The position numbers were made by a program, and so were the translations under genes. Under the pieces are notes generated by a model that was not told the origin of the DNA, made no database searches, and saw only the letters and a list, made by a program, of their open reading frames with translations. From Lama glama (taxonomy: Eukaryota), in the NCBI GenBank assembly GCA_028534125.1, contig CM052817.1:13332001-13396000 (forward strand): a stretch of 64,000 nt of DNA, read 5' to 3'. Every line of letters begins with the position of its first letter. Positions within the stretch are counted from its first letter, which is position 1. Below are positions 62,363 through 64,000 of the stretch, piece after piece.

Positions 62363-63379
62363 ATTCATGTATTTGAATTATCAGATATAAAATAGGGAAG
62401 AGCATATCTTGAAATGCTGTTGATTTCTCTAAGTGTAAGTTTCTTCATCTGAAAACAACTGAGGTAATGATAGCACCTACTTCATAGGAACCATTGATTA
62501 ATCCATTCAGTTTAGTTATTCAGTACTCAGTTGCTGAGCACGTACTTTATGACCAGCACTACACTGGGTTCAGGAGATCCAAAGATGATTAAGTGAGTTG
62601 ACAGCCCACAGGTACAGGGTAGAATTAAATGAAATAAGGTAGGTAAAGTGACCAGCACCATGCCTGTCACACAGAAAGCTCACATTCCAGACCGAACCAC
62701 CTGTTTTCCTTTTCCTACCTGTGCATCAGGCATTGTACCCACTATCAGCAGATAAAACGATGAGGGAGAAGCAGGTCTCCTGCTCAGGACTTGGGGAAAG
62801 TTTTGAGACATGGCTAAGAGGGCAGGTCTGGATAAAGCCAGCCAAGTTCAAATCCTGGTTCCACCATTTGCAAACTGTGTGAATGTATTCATCTCAGTGC
62901 CCAAACATAAAAGTTGAGACAGAGATTTAGATGCAAGCAGCTCATTTAAGGAGGTAATCCCACGAAGCATATGAGGAAAGAGGGGAGGAAGGGGAAGAAT
63001 GACAGAAAGATACTAAAGGATGTATTCATGAGCAGGTTACTGCTGGGACAATTGAGAGTCACACTGGGGTCCCTCTGACTCTGTGCGCCATGGAGGGACA
63101 GAGGGTACTGGGTCAGTTATCCGATTGCTCTTGCCCCTCACTGCTGGAGGCTCACTCTAAGACCTTTAACTTTACAAGCTTTGCACATCTATTCCCATAT
63201 CTCAGACAGAGATTCCAGGCAAGTGGTACGGGAACTTTCTGGTAGAATTAGTTCTGTAGGTGTAGTACAGACAGAATGCCCTGTGGTGGCTTCATCTCTA
63301 AGTCTGTCCCACCCCATAAAACTGAGTGAATAACTGTTTACCTGTGTCTCCTATATTTCCTCTAATACATATACCTCCT

Positions 63380-63760
63380 GGTACCTATTGGAATAAAATT
63401 TTTTCTTCACCCATAAAAGAGACTTGTGCCCAGCTAGACTGCATTTCCCAGCTTCCCTAGGTGTCCGTGTGACTAAGTTGTGACCAGTGGAATGTAGTAG
63501 GAAGATGTGAGCCTCTCTCAGACCTGGGAATTAAGGTCCTAGGCATATCTTCTCCATGTTCTTTGTTCCCACCTAGACACATAAACATGGCAGAGAGCCA
63601 GCTTTGACCACGCAGATGAGAACAGTGCCCTGAGAATGACCGAGAAGCCCAGATGCAAGGAAGCGAGTCTTTGAATGGCCACATAGAGCAGAGTTACCCC
63701 AGCCAGCTCAGACGCCTCCCATCAGGACTATTACAGGAGGGAGAATAAGCCAGGGTGTCC
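63380..63760 (+). mobile_element. Old MaLR LTR (MLT1J-like)
   Basis: ctagactgcatttcccagcttcc..gtgactaagttgtgaccagtggaatgtag..gaatggccacatagagcagag. Confidence 0.6.
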
Positions 63761-63789
63761 TGGGGTCCTAGGTAAAAGCGCTTTCCTCG

Positions 63790-63905
63790 TCTCCGCCAGT
63801 GCATCCCTTCCTGGAGTGGTCGTGAAAGTAAATGAGACAATGAAGTGCTTAGAACAATGCCTGGCACCTGGTAAAGCTCTTGTAAATAATTAGTTGTTAT
63901 TATTA
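63790..63905 (+). mobile_element. MIR 3' fragment
   Basis: taaatgagacaatgaagtgcttagaacaatgcctggcacctggtaaagctc. Confidence 0.7.
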
Positions 63906-64000
63906 TTCCTGCTTGCTAAGGTATGATCTTCTTGGCATGCTCTGAATCACTTAAACTCAGAGTTGGGGATGAATGGAACCCCAAAGAAAATTAAAGGAAC

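Noticed and set aside
1..64000. miR-218-1 hairpin
   Set aside because: It is hosted in an earlier SLIT2 intron; I did not see TTGTGCTTGATCTAACCATGT in this window.
1..64000. Prokaryotic-type systems (CRISPR, operons, defence islands) or a foreign insert
   Set aside because: The sequence is coherent mammalian intron/exon and repeat DNA throughout; no long intronless ORFs or repeat-spacer arrays were seen.

Overview
This is mammalian genomic DNA, not prokaryotic. The window holds the 3' part of SLIT2 on the + strand: 11 constitutive coding exons (4968-49216) with canonical AG/GT boundaries and consistent phases. They encode EGF1-6, the PR|TSP cleavage site, the laminin-G domain, EGF7-9 and the C-terminal cystine knot, followed by a ~1.5 kb 3'UTR. 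The rest is intronic or intergenic sequence containing L1, L2, MIR, LTR and DNA-transposon relics. A tRNA-Ala-type SINE resembling Vic-1 suggests a camelid. I see no evidence of a wholly new multi-gene system. The most interesting signals are regulatory. (1) A 27-nt in-frame microexon (AANLNEVEK) with a long AG-exclusion zone and a juxtaposed AG|GTAAG site 140 nt upstream. (2) Three seed sites for miR-218, the miRNA hosted by SLIT2 itself, in the 3'UTR, just downstream of a weak proximal poly(A) signal. (3) A twin-primed L1, and local CpG/GC-rich patches. Repeat family names and boundaries were assigned by eye and are approximate. Comparisons with human sequence come from memory and need alignment to confirm.
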